Source: Azolla caroliniana
Taxonomy: Eukaryota > Plantae > Polypodiophyta
DNA length: 64,000 nt
NCBI GenBank assembly: GCA_043228905.1
Contig: JBHGNT010000006.1
Location: 18,228,001-18,292,000 of the forward strand
Reading direction: 5' to 3'
Shown here: in pieces, positions 1 to 10,262 of the stretch
Layout: each line of letters opens with the position of its first letter
Position numbering within the stretch: the stretch's first letter is position 1
Notes under the pieces: generated by a model
The model's input: only the letters and a program-made list of their open reading frames with translations
Databases searched by the model: none
What the model was told of the DNA's origin: nothing
Translations under genes and position numbers: made by a program

Positions 1-1
1 C

Positions 2-3000
2 GTTAATATTGTCCTAGATAACTTAACATGTGTAGTATCATTTAATATTATTAGTATTCCAGAACATCCCATAGTTTTAGGATTACCATGGTTCGAGTTA
101 CATGACCCAGACATAGATTGGAGGACAAGGGAAATCCGGTTGCGACAAACCCAAGGATCTACCCAGAAGGTTGCAACCATTTCGCTACGCCAGTTGCGTG
201 AGGAAGGGCGCAAGGAGGAAATGTTTCTCTTTGCAATATCAGTACAACCCTCCAGCACCACCAAAGAGGAGTCCACCGTTCAACTTCCCGAGAAGTATCG
301 TCAGTATGCTGATGTGTTCGATAAAGTACAAGCCAACACACTTCCGCATCATCGGCCGTACGACTGCGCCATCGACTTACAACCGGGAAAAGAGCCGCCA
401 TGGGGGCCGATCTACAATTTGTCACCAACCGAGCTAGAAGTCCTTCGAGCCTATATAGAGGAGAATTTGGAGAACGGTTTCATTCGGCATTCGAAATCTC
501 CAGCCGGCGCACCCATTTTCTTCGTCAAGAAAAAAGATGGCTCGCTTCGACTCGTTGTAGATTACCGTGGCTTGAATAAGGTCACAGTAAGAAATAGGTA
601 TGCTCTTCCCCTTATCTCAAGTCTTTTAGAACGGATCAACGGTGCCAGGTTCTTCACGAAGATCGACTTACGAGGAGCCTATAACCTCGTACGGATCCGA
701 CCAGGAGATGAATGGAAGACCGCGTTTCGCACCAGATATGGGCACTTCGAGTATACGGTCATGCCGTTCGGACTCACTAATGCGCCGGCAGTCTTCCAGC
801 ACATGGCGAATGATATATTTCGAGATCTCTTGGATGATTTTTTGATCATCTATTTGGATGATCTACTGGTTTATTCAAAGACCCAAGAAGAACATGATTC
901 TCATGTACTATTAGTACTAAAACGACTTCGAGAACATGGTCTGTATGCAAAGTTAGAGAAATGTAGTTTCGGGTGCAACCAAGTGGAGTTTCTCGGCTAT
1001 GTCATCTCCTCAGAAGGCATATCTATGGATCCAGCCAAGGTCAAAACGGTGATAGAATGGCACACTCCGCGTTCGGTGCGGGATGTGCAATGCTTCCTAG
1101 GCTTTGCAAATTTCTACCGGAAGTTCATACAAAATTACTCAAAAATTGTGCTGCCTCTCACACAGCTCACCAGGAAGGGACAATCATTCATTTGGTCTAA
1201 AGAGACGGACATGGCTTTCGAGAGTCTTAAGAAGGCGTTTACATCAGCTCCAATTTTAGGTCATGTGGATCCGGAAAAACCATTCATTATCGAAGCTGAT
1301 GCATCGGATTTCGCATTGGGGAGCATTCTGTCACAACAGGGTAACGACGAGAAGCTACATCCTGTGGCTTTCCACTCCCGTAAGTTTGACGCCGCCGAAA
1401 TCAACTACGAAATTCATGATAAAGAGCTATTAGCAATAGTTGATTCTTTTATGCAATGGAGGCATTTCCTAGAGGGATCTCCTCATCAGGTCACTGTATT
1501 CAGTGACCACAAGAACCTTGCCTACTTTCAAGATGCTCGTGTACTGAATCGACGTCAAGCTCGGTGGGCCCACTTCCTCACACGCTTCGACTTCAAAATT
1601 ACATATCGTCCGGGGAAGCACCAAGGGAAGGCAGATGCATTATCACGGCGTTCGTATCTAACACCACGTCCCGGTGAGCCAGCTTTCGATAACCAGAAGC
1701 AAGTAATCTTGGGTCCAGCACGACTGCAAGCAGCACAGATCTTTGACATGCCCGTGGATTCCGACATTACCAATACTATACGTGAGGACTTGAAGACTGA
1801 CGCTTTCGCCCAAGCTATACTAGCACAAATTGACCCCTCTCGAGCGTCATGTTCACAATCACAATCACCAGGTACGGATTATCGGCAATTCAAATACTGT
1901 GATGGATTACTCTTCTTTAAAGAACTTTTGTATGTTCCTAATGGTTCTTGCCGCCTTCGAGTAGTACAAAACTGCCATGACACATATACAGCAGGACATT
2001 TTGGTAGTACTAAAACATTAGATTTAGTACAACGATCATTCTGGTGGCCCCGTATGCGACAATTTGTCGAAGATTTTGTTCGGACTTGCGATACATGCTG
2101 CAGAGCGAAAATGCCAAGACATCATCCATATGGTTTATTAGAACCATTACCAATTCCAAGCAAGCCATGGCAATCCATTGCTCTTGACTTCATTACAGAT
2201 CTTCCAGTCTCTAAGGGATTCAGTGCGATTCTCACAGTGGTGGATCGATATACGAAGATGGCTCATTTCTTACCATGTACTAAAGAAATATCTAGTGAAG
2301 ACACCGCCGAAATTGTCATGCGGGAAGTATGTCGGCATCATGGACTCCCTGATAATATCATCAGCGATCGTGGACCCCAGTTTGTGTCAAAATTCTGGAA
2401 GCACCTTTTTAAAATGCTGAAGGTCACTTGTAACCTCTCCTCCGGCTACCACCCACAAACCGACGGTCAAGCCGAACGAACAAATCAAACACTGGAGCAG
2501 TATCTGCGGTGCTTTCTCAACTATCATCAGAATGACTGGGCAGATATTCTTCAGTTCGCCGAATTTGCCTATAATAACGCTATCCACGCATCGACTAAAG
2601 TCACGCCATTCTACGCTTATACGGGATATCATCCCCGGTGGTGTGTCCTTGAAACCCCAGAAGTGTCCACAAATCCTTGCGCGGAGGATCGTTTGGAGCG
2701 GTTACGCAAGATACAAGCGGATTTATCTACTCAACTCCAGCAAGCTCAACAATCACACAAGGACTACGCAGATCGTCATCGACTTCCATCCAGTTTTAAC
2801 ATTGGAGATCGGGTGTGGCTGCTACGACGACACATCAAGACTACTCGCCCATGTGAGAAGTTGGATTATCGACGATTAGGTCCTTTCCGTATTATCGGGA
2901 AGATTAATGATGTCGCTTTTCGTCTCGAGCTACCTCCGCAACTTCGGATACACCCGGTGTTTCATAGTTCTCTCCTCGAACCCTATCACGAGAGCACTAT

Positions 3001-3283
3001 CCCAGGACGTACTATACAACCTCCACCTCCTATCGAGCTCGAAGATGGACCTGAGTATGAGGTCGCTGCCATCCTCGATTCCAAGATTGTTCGCAACAAG
3101 CTCTACTATCTAGTCGATTGGCTAGGATATAGTCCCAGCGAGCGTACTTGGGAACCGATCGAGAATGTGACCAATGCTCGTGCTCTTCTAGAAGACTTCC
3201 ATCGACGATATCCCGAGAAACCGGGTCCTCAATCCAAAACGACTCGTGAAACTCGTCGTTTTAAAGGGGGGATAGTGTCATAA
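2..3283 (+). CDS. Ty3/gypsy chromovirus (Tcn1/Tf2-like) Pol polyprotein: end of protease, RT, RNase H, integrase, chromodomain; 5' part outside the window
   Basis: Frame is open from base 2 (IVLGLPWFELHDPDIDW, protease C-terminus). RT motifs LVVDYRGLN, KIDLRGAY, MPFGLTNAPAVFQ, YLDD; RNase H EADASDFALG/ELLAIV; integrase zinc finger (GHFG...CDTC) and core (ISDRGPQF, QTDGQAER); chromodomain YEVAAILD...YLVDWLGY...TWEP. No internal stops. Confidence 0.97.
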   Translation, partial: VNIVLDNLTCVVSFNIISIPEHPIVLGLPWFELHDPDIDWRTREIRLRQTQGSTQKVATISLRQLREEGRKEEMFLFAISVQPSSTTKEESTVQLPEKYRQYADVFDKVQANTLPHHRPYDCAIDLQPGKEPPWGPIYNLSPTELEVLRAYIEENLENGFIRHSKSPAGAPIFFVKKKDGSLRLVVDYRGLNKVTVRNRYALPLISSLLERINGARFFTKIDLRGAYNLVRIRPGDEWKTAFRTRYGHFEYTVMPFGLTNAPAVFQHMANDIFRDLLDDFLIIYLDDLLVYSKTQEEHDSHVLLVLKRLREHGLYAKLEKCSFGCNQVEFLGYVISSEGISMDPAKVKTVIEWHTPRSVRDVQCFLGFANFYRKFIQNYSKIVLPLTQLTRKGQSFIWSKETDMAFESLKKAFTSAPILGHVDPEKPFIIEADASDFALGSILSQQGNDEKLHPVAFHSRKFDAAEINYEIHDKELLAIVDSFMQWRHFLEGSPHQVTVFSDHKNLAYFQDARVLNRRQARWAHFLTRFDFKITYRPGKHQGKADALSRRSYLTPRPGEPAFDNQKQVILGPARLQAAQIFDMPVDSDITNTIREDLKTDAFAQAILAQIDPSRASCSQSQSPGTDYRQFKYCDGLLFFKELLYVPNGSCRLRVVQNCHDTYTAGHFGSTKTLDLVQRSFWWPRMRQFVEDFVRTCDTCCRAKMPRHHPYGLLEPLPIPSKPWQSIALDFITDLPVSKGFSAILTVVDRYTKMAHFLPCTKEISSEDTAEIVMREVCRHHGLPDNIISDRGPQFVSKFWKHLFKMLKVTCNLSSGYHPQTDGQAERTNQTLEQYLRCFLNYHQNDWADILQFAEFAYNNAIHASTKVTPFYAYTGYHPRWCVLETPEVSTNPCAEDRLERLRKIQADLSTQLQQAQQSHKDYADRHRLPSSFNIGDRVWLLRRHIKTTRPCEKLDYRRLGPFRIIGKINDVAFRLELPPQLRIHPVFHSSLLEPYHESTIPGRTIQPPPPIELEDGPEYEVAAILDSKIVRNKLYYLVDWLGYSPSERTWEPIENVTNARALLEDFHRRYPEKPGPQSKTTRETRRFKGGIVS
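3263..3275 (+). other. Polypurine tract of the chromovirus
   Basis: AAAGGGGGGATAG directly before the LTR start TGTCA. Confidence 0.85.
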
Positions 3284-3730
3284 CTAGACTCGAACCCATA
3301 ACCTTTTGTTACACGGGTCGAGACTTTACCATTAGGTTATGAGTTGTAATTTGAAGGATATTATTTTCATTTAGGTTTTATTAGGAAATTGATGTATATT
3401 CCAGATTTCTCTGGAACATTCTAGAAACTTCAGGAGTATTCCTGAAGACACTATAAAAGGAGGCGCAAGGCATTAGTTCGAACCAAATCGGTTCAACGCC
3501 AGTCTTAAGCCTTCTAACTACTGTTGTATATCTTCCGTCATATAATACATATATCTTTCGCATCATCATTCTCTCTCTCTCTCTCTCTCTCTCACTCACT
3601 CATTCCTTCTCTCAAAGTTCGACACCTCTCATAGTACTAATCCTTCTCTGTCTTAGTACTATTCCCCAACAATAGTACTAATCCTTCTTTTAGTACTAAT
3701 TCCTTCTCTGCCTTAATAGAGTTCCTGACA
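3276..3730 (+). mobile_element. 3' LTR of the chromovirus (455 bp)
   Basis: TGTCA...TGACA inverted termini, preceded by PPT; TATAAAA near 3453; (CT)n tract; repeated TAGTACTA motifs at 3632-3700. Confidence 0.88.
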
Positions 3731-6582
3731 ATAAGCCCCCTCGAGCATTCATACTGGACACTCACTCACAACTCCTCGTATCCATCCACATGCATATACG
3801 TGTGCATGTGTTCACATACGTTTAGACTCACAATTACATTTATGCCCCCCTACACATACACAACAACATCATGATAACATTCGACCCTCGCTCATCACAC
3901 TTGACTCTCCATACATCTTGTACGGGGTAACACAATATGGCACGCCCGTGGGAGAGTGCCTTGCACGTCGATCCCACATGCCTTGATGATGATATTTCTT
4001 TGATCGGGACTTCCATCGGTCCTTTCAACGATCGACTCCCTCGATCGGAGTGCTTGACTCGAACATCTTTGTCAGTCAGCAAATCTTTCCGCGACACGAA
4101 CATTCTTGTTCTGTCGACTTACGAACTTCGTCATGGGTCCAAAATCATGTCGTGTATATGTATGTTCTTCCTTTGTTTTGAGTGTGTGTGAGTAGTCTTG
4201 GGGATTTTCAAAATTTTGGTGGTGCCCTCTTGTTTTTAAAATTTTTGATATGTACCCTTATGTTGATGAAATTTTCTCGTTACGTCCTCATAAATTTTTT
4301 TTAAAAATTCTGTTCAATACCCCTACGTAATTGAAATTATCGCATATGCCCTTATCATCTCTTTTTCCCCTCTTCTTCTTTCTACATTTCTTCATTCCTT
4401 TTTTATGTTTTGCCTCTCCCGCTCTTTTCTTTGTCTGTCCATCTTTTTCCTGTCTTTCTCTTCCTGTCTGCGGATCTTGTCTTGTCTGTGTCAGTTTTTG
4501 CTTCTCTCTCTTCTGCGTCCTTCTCTTTCACGATCCCTTCTCCTTCTCCTTCTCCTTCTCCTTCTTGCTTCTGTTGTTTCCCTCCTTTCTATATGTGTCT
4601 CCTCTGATTCCTTCCTTCCTTCCTTCTTCTTCTTCTTCTTCTTCTTCTTCTTCAACGTCTCTTTCTCTTCTTTTGTTTTGGTGATAGATTTGGGTAATCT
4701 TCCTGTCTTTCTTTTCCTTTTCTTTGTTCTTCCACTGCTAATGGTGCTTTTCCTTCCTCTTCCTTCTCTGCTTCTTCTCTTTCTCCTTCTCCTTCTGCCT
4801 CTGTCTCTTCTCTATATATCCATGTTTCTTTTGTCTTTGTCACTGTTGTTGTCCGTCGCTGTCGTCGTCGTCGTCCATCTCTGTTGTCGTTCTACTATCC
4901 GGCTACTGCATTTCTGTTGTTCGGCCGCTTTCCACCGCACAGTTTCGGCCTTGTCCGACTGCCTCTATGCCTTCTGGTCGTCGGTTTGGCCGCTGTTGAA
5001 CTGGCTGTCTATTCGGCCACGGTAAGTCTCTGTCGGTCATTTATCTGATTGTCCGTTCGTTTCGACTCTTCATTTGTCTGTTTCTCTCGCCGTCGTCCCG
5101 TTCATCCGTCCAACCACTCCGGTCGTTGGTTCGGTCGATGTCTGGCCATCTCCATCTTAGTCGTTGTCCGACGTCGTCCATTTGTCCAATCCAGCCGCCT
5201 CCGTTCCAGTGTTGTTCGGCCACTCTGACCGATGTTTTACCATTCCGCCCATCGACCTGTTGTCCATCGTTGTCATTGTCTCCTTCGCTTTTCGGCGGCT
5301 CTATCCTCGTCGCCGGCTCTGTCGCTTTTCAGTGTCCATGTCCCATCGTCTGGCCGTTGTCGTTGCCGTTGCCATAGCTGTGCATTTCGGATATCGTCTC
5401 CGTCACTCTTCATCTCTGTCCGGCCATCGTCCTGTTGTCTTCTGGTCGCGTGTCCGGTCCGTCCGTCTGTGTGGTCGCCTATTCGTCCCATTTGTCCCAT
5501 CCTATTGTGTCTTGTGTCTTTTTGGTCGCCTTTGTCTAGTGCATCTATCCATAACTTTCCGGCGTTGTTGGTTGATGTCTGGTTTGCGTCTGCATCTCCA
5601 TCTCCGTCTTCTTTGACCCTTCGGTGTTAACCGACTCGGGTTCTGGTTCCGATTTCGGTTCCGACTCTCTGCGCATTTCTTCTTCTGGGACCATTGCCCG
5701 TGCATTCTCGGCACATCTTGTCGGTCTCGGCTCCACACACTACGACTTTCTCCGCAGTCTCCTGGTGGGCTTCTCTTTCCGGTTGTGCTGGCACCGGTTC
5801 CCTCTGCATTGCTGTTTGTCCAGTCGTGCATCTTGCACCACGCTTTTGAGAACACACACATTGTTGCTAACTGCTTTCAGAAACACGCACATGGACACTA
5901 ATCGCAACCTCGCAAAAACATTGTTGCCATTCATGCATTCCTCCATAGACTTCCTCCAACATCTTCACCGTCATTTTTGCGTTTCGCCATTTCTTGCACT
6001 TAGTCGCTATGGCTTGCACATCCGCGTATCATTCTTTGACTCCGTCTCCAAAGGGGGTCGCCTTAGTGGTCGCCAAAAGGTGTTGTAGGATTTTAGGGTT
6101 AGGGTTAATGAGAATGAGAATGATAATGATTGATGATGAACATAGACATGGTGTAATGGTGGAGATGATGAATGGTATGATGGTGAGAGATCATGAGGAT
6201 GTTGAGAAGCATTGTGGGGTGGGGGGTGGTGGCTAGAATGGCTCCACCCCCCTCCCAAGGGGGTTCAACGTTAAGGGGAGAGAGAGAGAGATGGAGAGAG
6301 AAAGAGAGAAATGGTTATTCATGTTTCATTCATTCCCCATAAGGGGTTAAATAGTACAAGAGGGGATAGATACATAGGGTTGTAAGCCCCCTCGAGCATT
6401 CATACTGGAAACTCACTCACACCTCCTCGTATCCATCCACATGCACATACGTGTGCATGTGTTCACATACGTTTAGACTCACAATTACATTTATGCCCCT
6501 TACACATACACAACAACATCATGATAACATTCGACCCTCGCTCATCACACTTGACTCTCCGTACATCTCGTACGGGGTAACA
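3731..6582. mobile_element. Non-autonomous, non-coding LTR element (LARD/TRIM-like); left LTR interrupted or abutted by the chromovirus
   Basis: Near-identical direct repeats 3732-3932 and 6383-6582 ending GGGGTAACA. tRNA-Arg-type sites at 3938-3953 (+) and 6066-6075 (-). Interior is low-complexity (CT-rich on +) with no recognisable retro domains. Confidence 0.8.
6081..6582 (-). mobile_element. Probable complete 502-bp LTR, read on the minus strand
   Basis: Minus strand reads TGTTAC..., TATTTAA, CT-rich tract, ...CCTACAACA, then a 5-nt spacer and TGGCGACCAC. An alternative boundary gives a 202-bp LTR at 6381-6582. Confidence 0.6.
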
Positions 6583-8559
6583 AACACACCCTTTGAGAAT
6601 CTATGAGCACTCAAAGGTCAAAAGTCACACCATTACTCTCTACACATTAACTATGTGTCATAGAATCATATTCTATGACACATAACTAATGAATTCCATA
6701 TTCCCCATGACTAATGAGTCTTCACATTCCCCCAGAGAGAGTGATTGTTGTAGTGGAGTTAATAAAGAGAGAGGGTGACCTTATATAAAGTACCCTCCTC
6801 CTACTTCATAAGGTGTCGGTTGTCCTCCCTTGTAATGCTACATTTTTTGTATCTCATATTCCTTGTTAATATACATCTTCTTCTTGAGTATTCAATTTCT
6901 TCATTCTATCTAATCTAACTTGTGTTTCTCTCCTCTCCTCTCTCTTACACACACACATAACACACATCTCTTCCGCTACACAGAATCACATCCAATAAAT
7001 GACAAGGTGCACTTGCTTTGCAAATCCTCAAACTGAGATCGAGCACGATCAAATTTTCCTCATGGGCTAATATTTGGTTCCCTGTGGGGCTTTGGAAATC
7101 TTGATCTTGTTGACACAAAGATAACAGAGTTGTTTGAGGTTGCAAAACATGTTTCATTAGCTTATCTTATTGTTGAGACTTCGTAACACTTAGTTGTCGT
7201 AGATCCCAGAAATCTCTAACTTTCTTTCTCTAATACTATGAATTTAGATAATAAGTTAAGATATAATAAACAACTCCATCTTGATGGTAAATATTGAGAA
7301 CAACTTCAAATGGTAGAAAAAACTAGTTTTGGTTCAAATTGTGATAACTTGAATCGAAAACTAGATCGAATCATATAAGAAAGTTAAGAAGAAAAATTGA
7401 TCTTATATTGCGACAACTGGAACAAGATTTACAAGTATATGTTGAAAGATTGGCATTGAATTAGAATGATTCTAGAATGACGACAACACCTCCTTATATA
7501 ACATATGACTGGACAAATGCATGCTCATCACCCCTCAACCATAGATGATGGCACTTTGCATTCATGCAAGCATGCCATTTGGCAATCGTGCATTAGCTTG
7601 TGTAAAGTGAAGACATATCATAATACTATGTATATGATCTTGTTTAGTTATGAAGTCATAATAAATATTATGTGATTAGACATGTATAATCGAGATCGTG
7701 GGTTCAAGAACCCCAAGAAATCTCTAACCTTTCATGATGTTATGACATTGATAAATAAGTGGAGTGTATGTTATATAAAGTGAAATTATTGTTTGGCTTC
7801 TATTGTTGACATTCAAATACTTGATGCATACCACTCATTTCATGTAGGACGTCAATAATATCATAAGGGGGAGGATGTTCATTGGATTAATGAAGAGGTA
7901 TTAAACCATTGAAAGATCTACAAGTTCCCACCAATTCTTTCGAGCTTAGAACAAACACTTTTTATGGATAAATTAAGAGAAATACTGCACATATATAGAT
8001 GGGGATGCTGAAGTGCGCGACGAAATGAACATGGTGATGTTGGTCATCACTCTCTCATATAGCCCACGGTGTAATGAGATTAGATGGGGAGGACTTTAGA
8101 TTGACGAGCGAGAGAGAAGTCACAAAGCAAGCAAACAAGATCCAAAGCTTCAAAAACCCGTTTACACAAAAAGAGAAAAATGATTAACATAGATCGATAT
8201 TACCTATTTGTCGAAGAAATGATCACATGGCGTTGCATGTAGGCAATTCCCGTGTAGGGATATGATTGTGTGTAGGGGTGATTTAGAGGTCTGGTAGAAG
8301 CGGCTATCAGACAAGATCCAAGATTTTGACCAACGACCAAGAGCTGAGAAGATAGGTGTTTTCATCGTCACAATCGAGAATGGGAATGGAGGCCGATGTT
8401 CTCCATGTCATTAAACGTCAAATAATTAAGAGGGTTTTACAAGAGGCAAATGAGGAGGAAGGTTTACATCGTGAGCAAGAAAGAAGAACAAATTTGGATG
8501 GAACGAGGGAGGCTAGAAACGTAAATAATCACAAAGTTTGGTTTTTGGAGAGTCCGGAC

Positions 8560-8945
8560 GCCAAAGCGGCCCGGATGAAGCGAATTGAAGAAACAGAAGC
8601 TTCAGTTCCGCAACACAGCTTCACACATATCATCAGTTCTTCATCCTCCTCCTCCTCCTCCTCCTCCGTCATCAGAGCTCAAACGACGAAAAATCATCTG
8701 ACAAACAGACAAAAGGAAGAGACTCACGCGGAGGGGAAACAAAGGACAAAGAACGGATAACTCCCTCCCTCTGCCTCAAAGATAGGTCACATCTGGTTCG
8801 ACTACCGCTTGGTTTACATTGCGGTTTCTATATTAGAACGATCCGGATCTCTTTATAAGGTTCTAAATCGTGCATTGAAAAAATCGATGAATCTGCTCAG
8901 ATGCTTCTTTGGTTAAGATCGTTCGAGGACAATTCTGTCAAGTAG
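8560..8945 (+). promoter_or_regulatory. Candidate promoter and first non-coding exon of the BRWD/PHIP-like gene
   Basis: CpG-retaining non-TE-like segment with GGCCC motif and (CCT)n leader, ending AG|GTCTTT followed by T-rich intron-like sequence. Inference only; no transcript evidence. Confidence 0.35.
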
Positions 8946-10134
8946 GTCTTTCTTCCTTCTTTCTCTGCGCTTTTATTTGAAGTGTTTTCCTTTAAATGTC
9001 ATTTCCGGATCGTGAAATCTTTGAGTTTTGCATTGATTGCAACAAAGAGATGAGAGAGAGAGTTTTCATTAAAAAATGAGCGATGTGTATATTCAAATTT
9101 GGTCTTGTACCTTAAACTTAAAATCTTTCTACTCAATAATAATATTATATATATGCAGATGTTATTTGATAATCGCATGTGGTTGACCAAGGGTAAAGAG
9201 AGATCTCATATAATTTCAGTTATAATATGGTCATGGGTCCACATCCCAAAAGTAATGGCACCCATTGAGAAACGTCAAGGATGTCCTTCCATGATGTTTG
9301 ATAGAAGAGATTCCCATAAACCATACAAATATGGGTTATACCTGTGCAGTCTATTGATTTTAAACAACAGTGTACCATACATTAAGTTAATGTTGGAACA
9401 TCCAAACCAAATGTTTATGAACTTGGCCAAATAAATAAATTTCCCTCATATTGATATTTGCTTATGAGCACAAAAACTAGGTGGACTATGTATATGCTTA
9501 GCGTTTGACATTTAACTATAGGAAATGAGTTTTCCATCACAATGCTGTTTGATCCTCAAAAGCAGAGGACTATAGATGGGCTTAAAGTTGGACATATAAA
9601 GACAGAATATATTGTCTTCATCAAAGAATTCTCTTTCCCATTAGAGTCTTATTTTCTGTTTGGGTGTAAAAACTGGTGAGAAATAGATAGGCATAATAAT
9701 CCACATTGAAGTGTAATGTATCTATGAACTTGAGTACTCATATCTCCATTTGAGTGTTATCTCAAGATTTAGAGATTAAGCTAGGATGCATGAAGAATCC
9801 TGGGGTTTGAGAGATATAAAAAAAAATTGCAAGACATCTCTCACGCCTTGAAGAGACTGTAATCCCCACAGGTGCTTGCAATTTCAATAAAAAACTGACT
9901 GGAAAACGTAGTTAGTAGACAATCATTGAAACCAATAGTGTGACTAATTTAGGTCAAAGTTGAGAAACAAAGAAATTTGATTGTCAAACCACAAGGAGAA
10001 AGCAATTAATGCCACTATTTCCACACAAAAACCAGGATTAAATGCATAAACATTGAGGTATAGAGACTAAGAAATTGTAAGGATGACATGCAATGTATTT
10101 CTTCAAGTGTCCTACCAAATTGCAAGGTCTAGAA

Positions 10135-10262
10135 ATATGAAACAAATTTTAAATGTAGTCATTTCATAATTCTGCTCTACCCCTTATAACTTTGCGAAAT
10201 ATGGAATGAATTTTAAATGTAGTTATTTGATAATTCTGCTCTACTCCCTATAACTTTGCAAG
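10135..10262. repeat. Two-copy tandem repeat, about 65-bp unit
   Basis: AATTTTAAATGTAGT...ATAATTCTGCTCTAC...ATAACTTTGC occurs twice in succession. Confidence 0.75.

Noticed and set aside
3281-3342. Bona fide tRNA gene here or at 53171-53266
   Set aside because: A/B boxes are present but I cannot fold a full cloverleaf with acceptor and anticodon stems; reported only as tRNA-like promoter motifs
4331-5630. Several 100-200 aa Leu/Ser/Phe-rich ORFs that look like membrane proteins
   Set aside because: They arise from CT-rich low-complexity sequence lacking stop codons inside the non-coding LTR element; several frames are open at once and no domain motifs are present
6583-7780. Possible further LTR or SINE remnant (TATATAAA near 6783; GGTTCAAGAACC near 7701; short repeat 7203/7712)
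   Set aside because: No paired termini, PBS or A-box could be defined
8356-8760. 134-aa ORF with a poly-Ser run
   Set aside because: GTG start, poly-Ser comes from a (CCT)n microsatellite, no recognisable domain; more likely promoter or UTR
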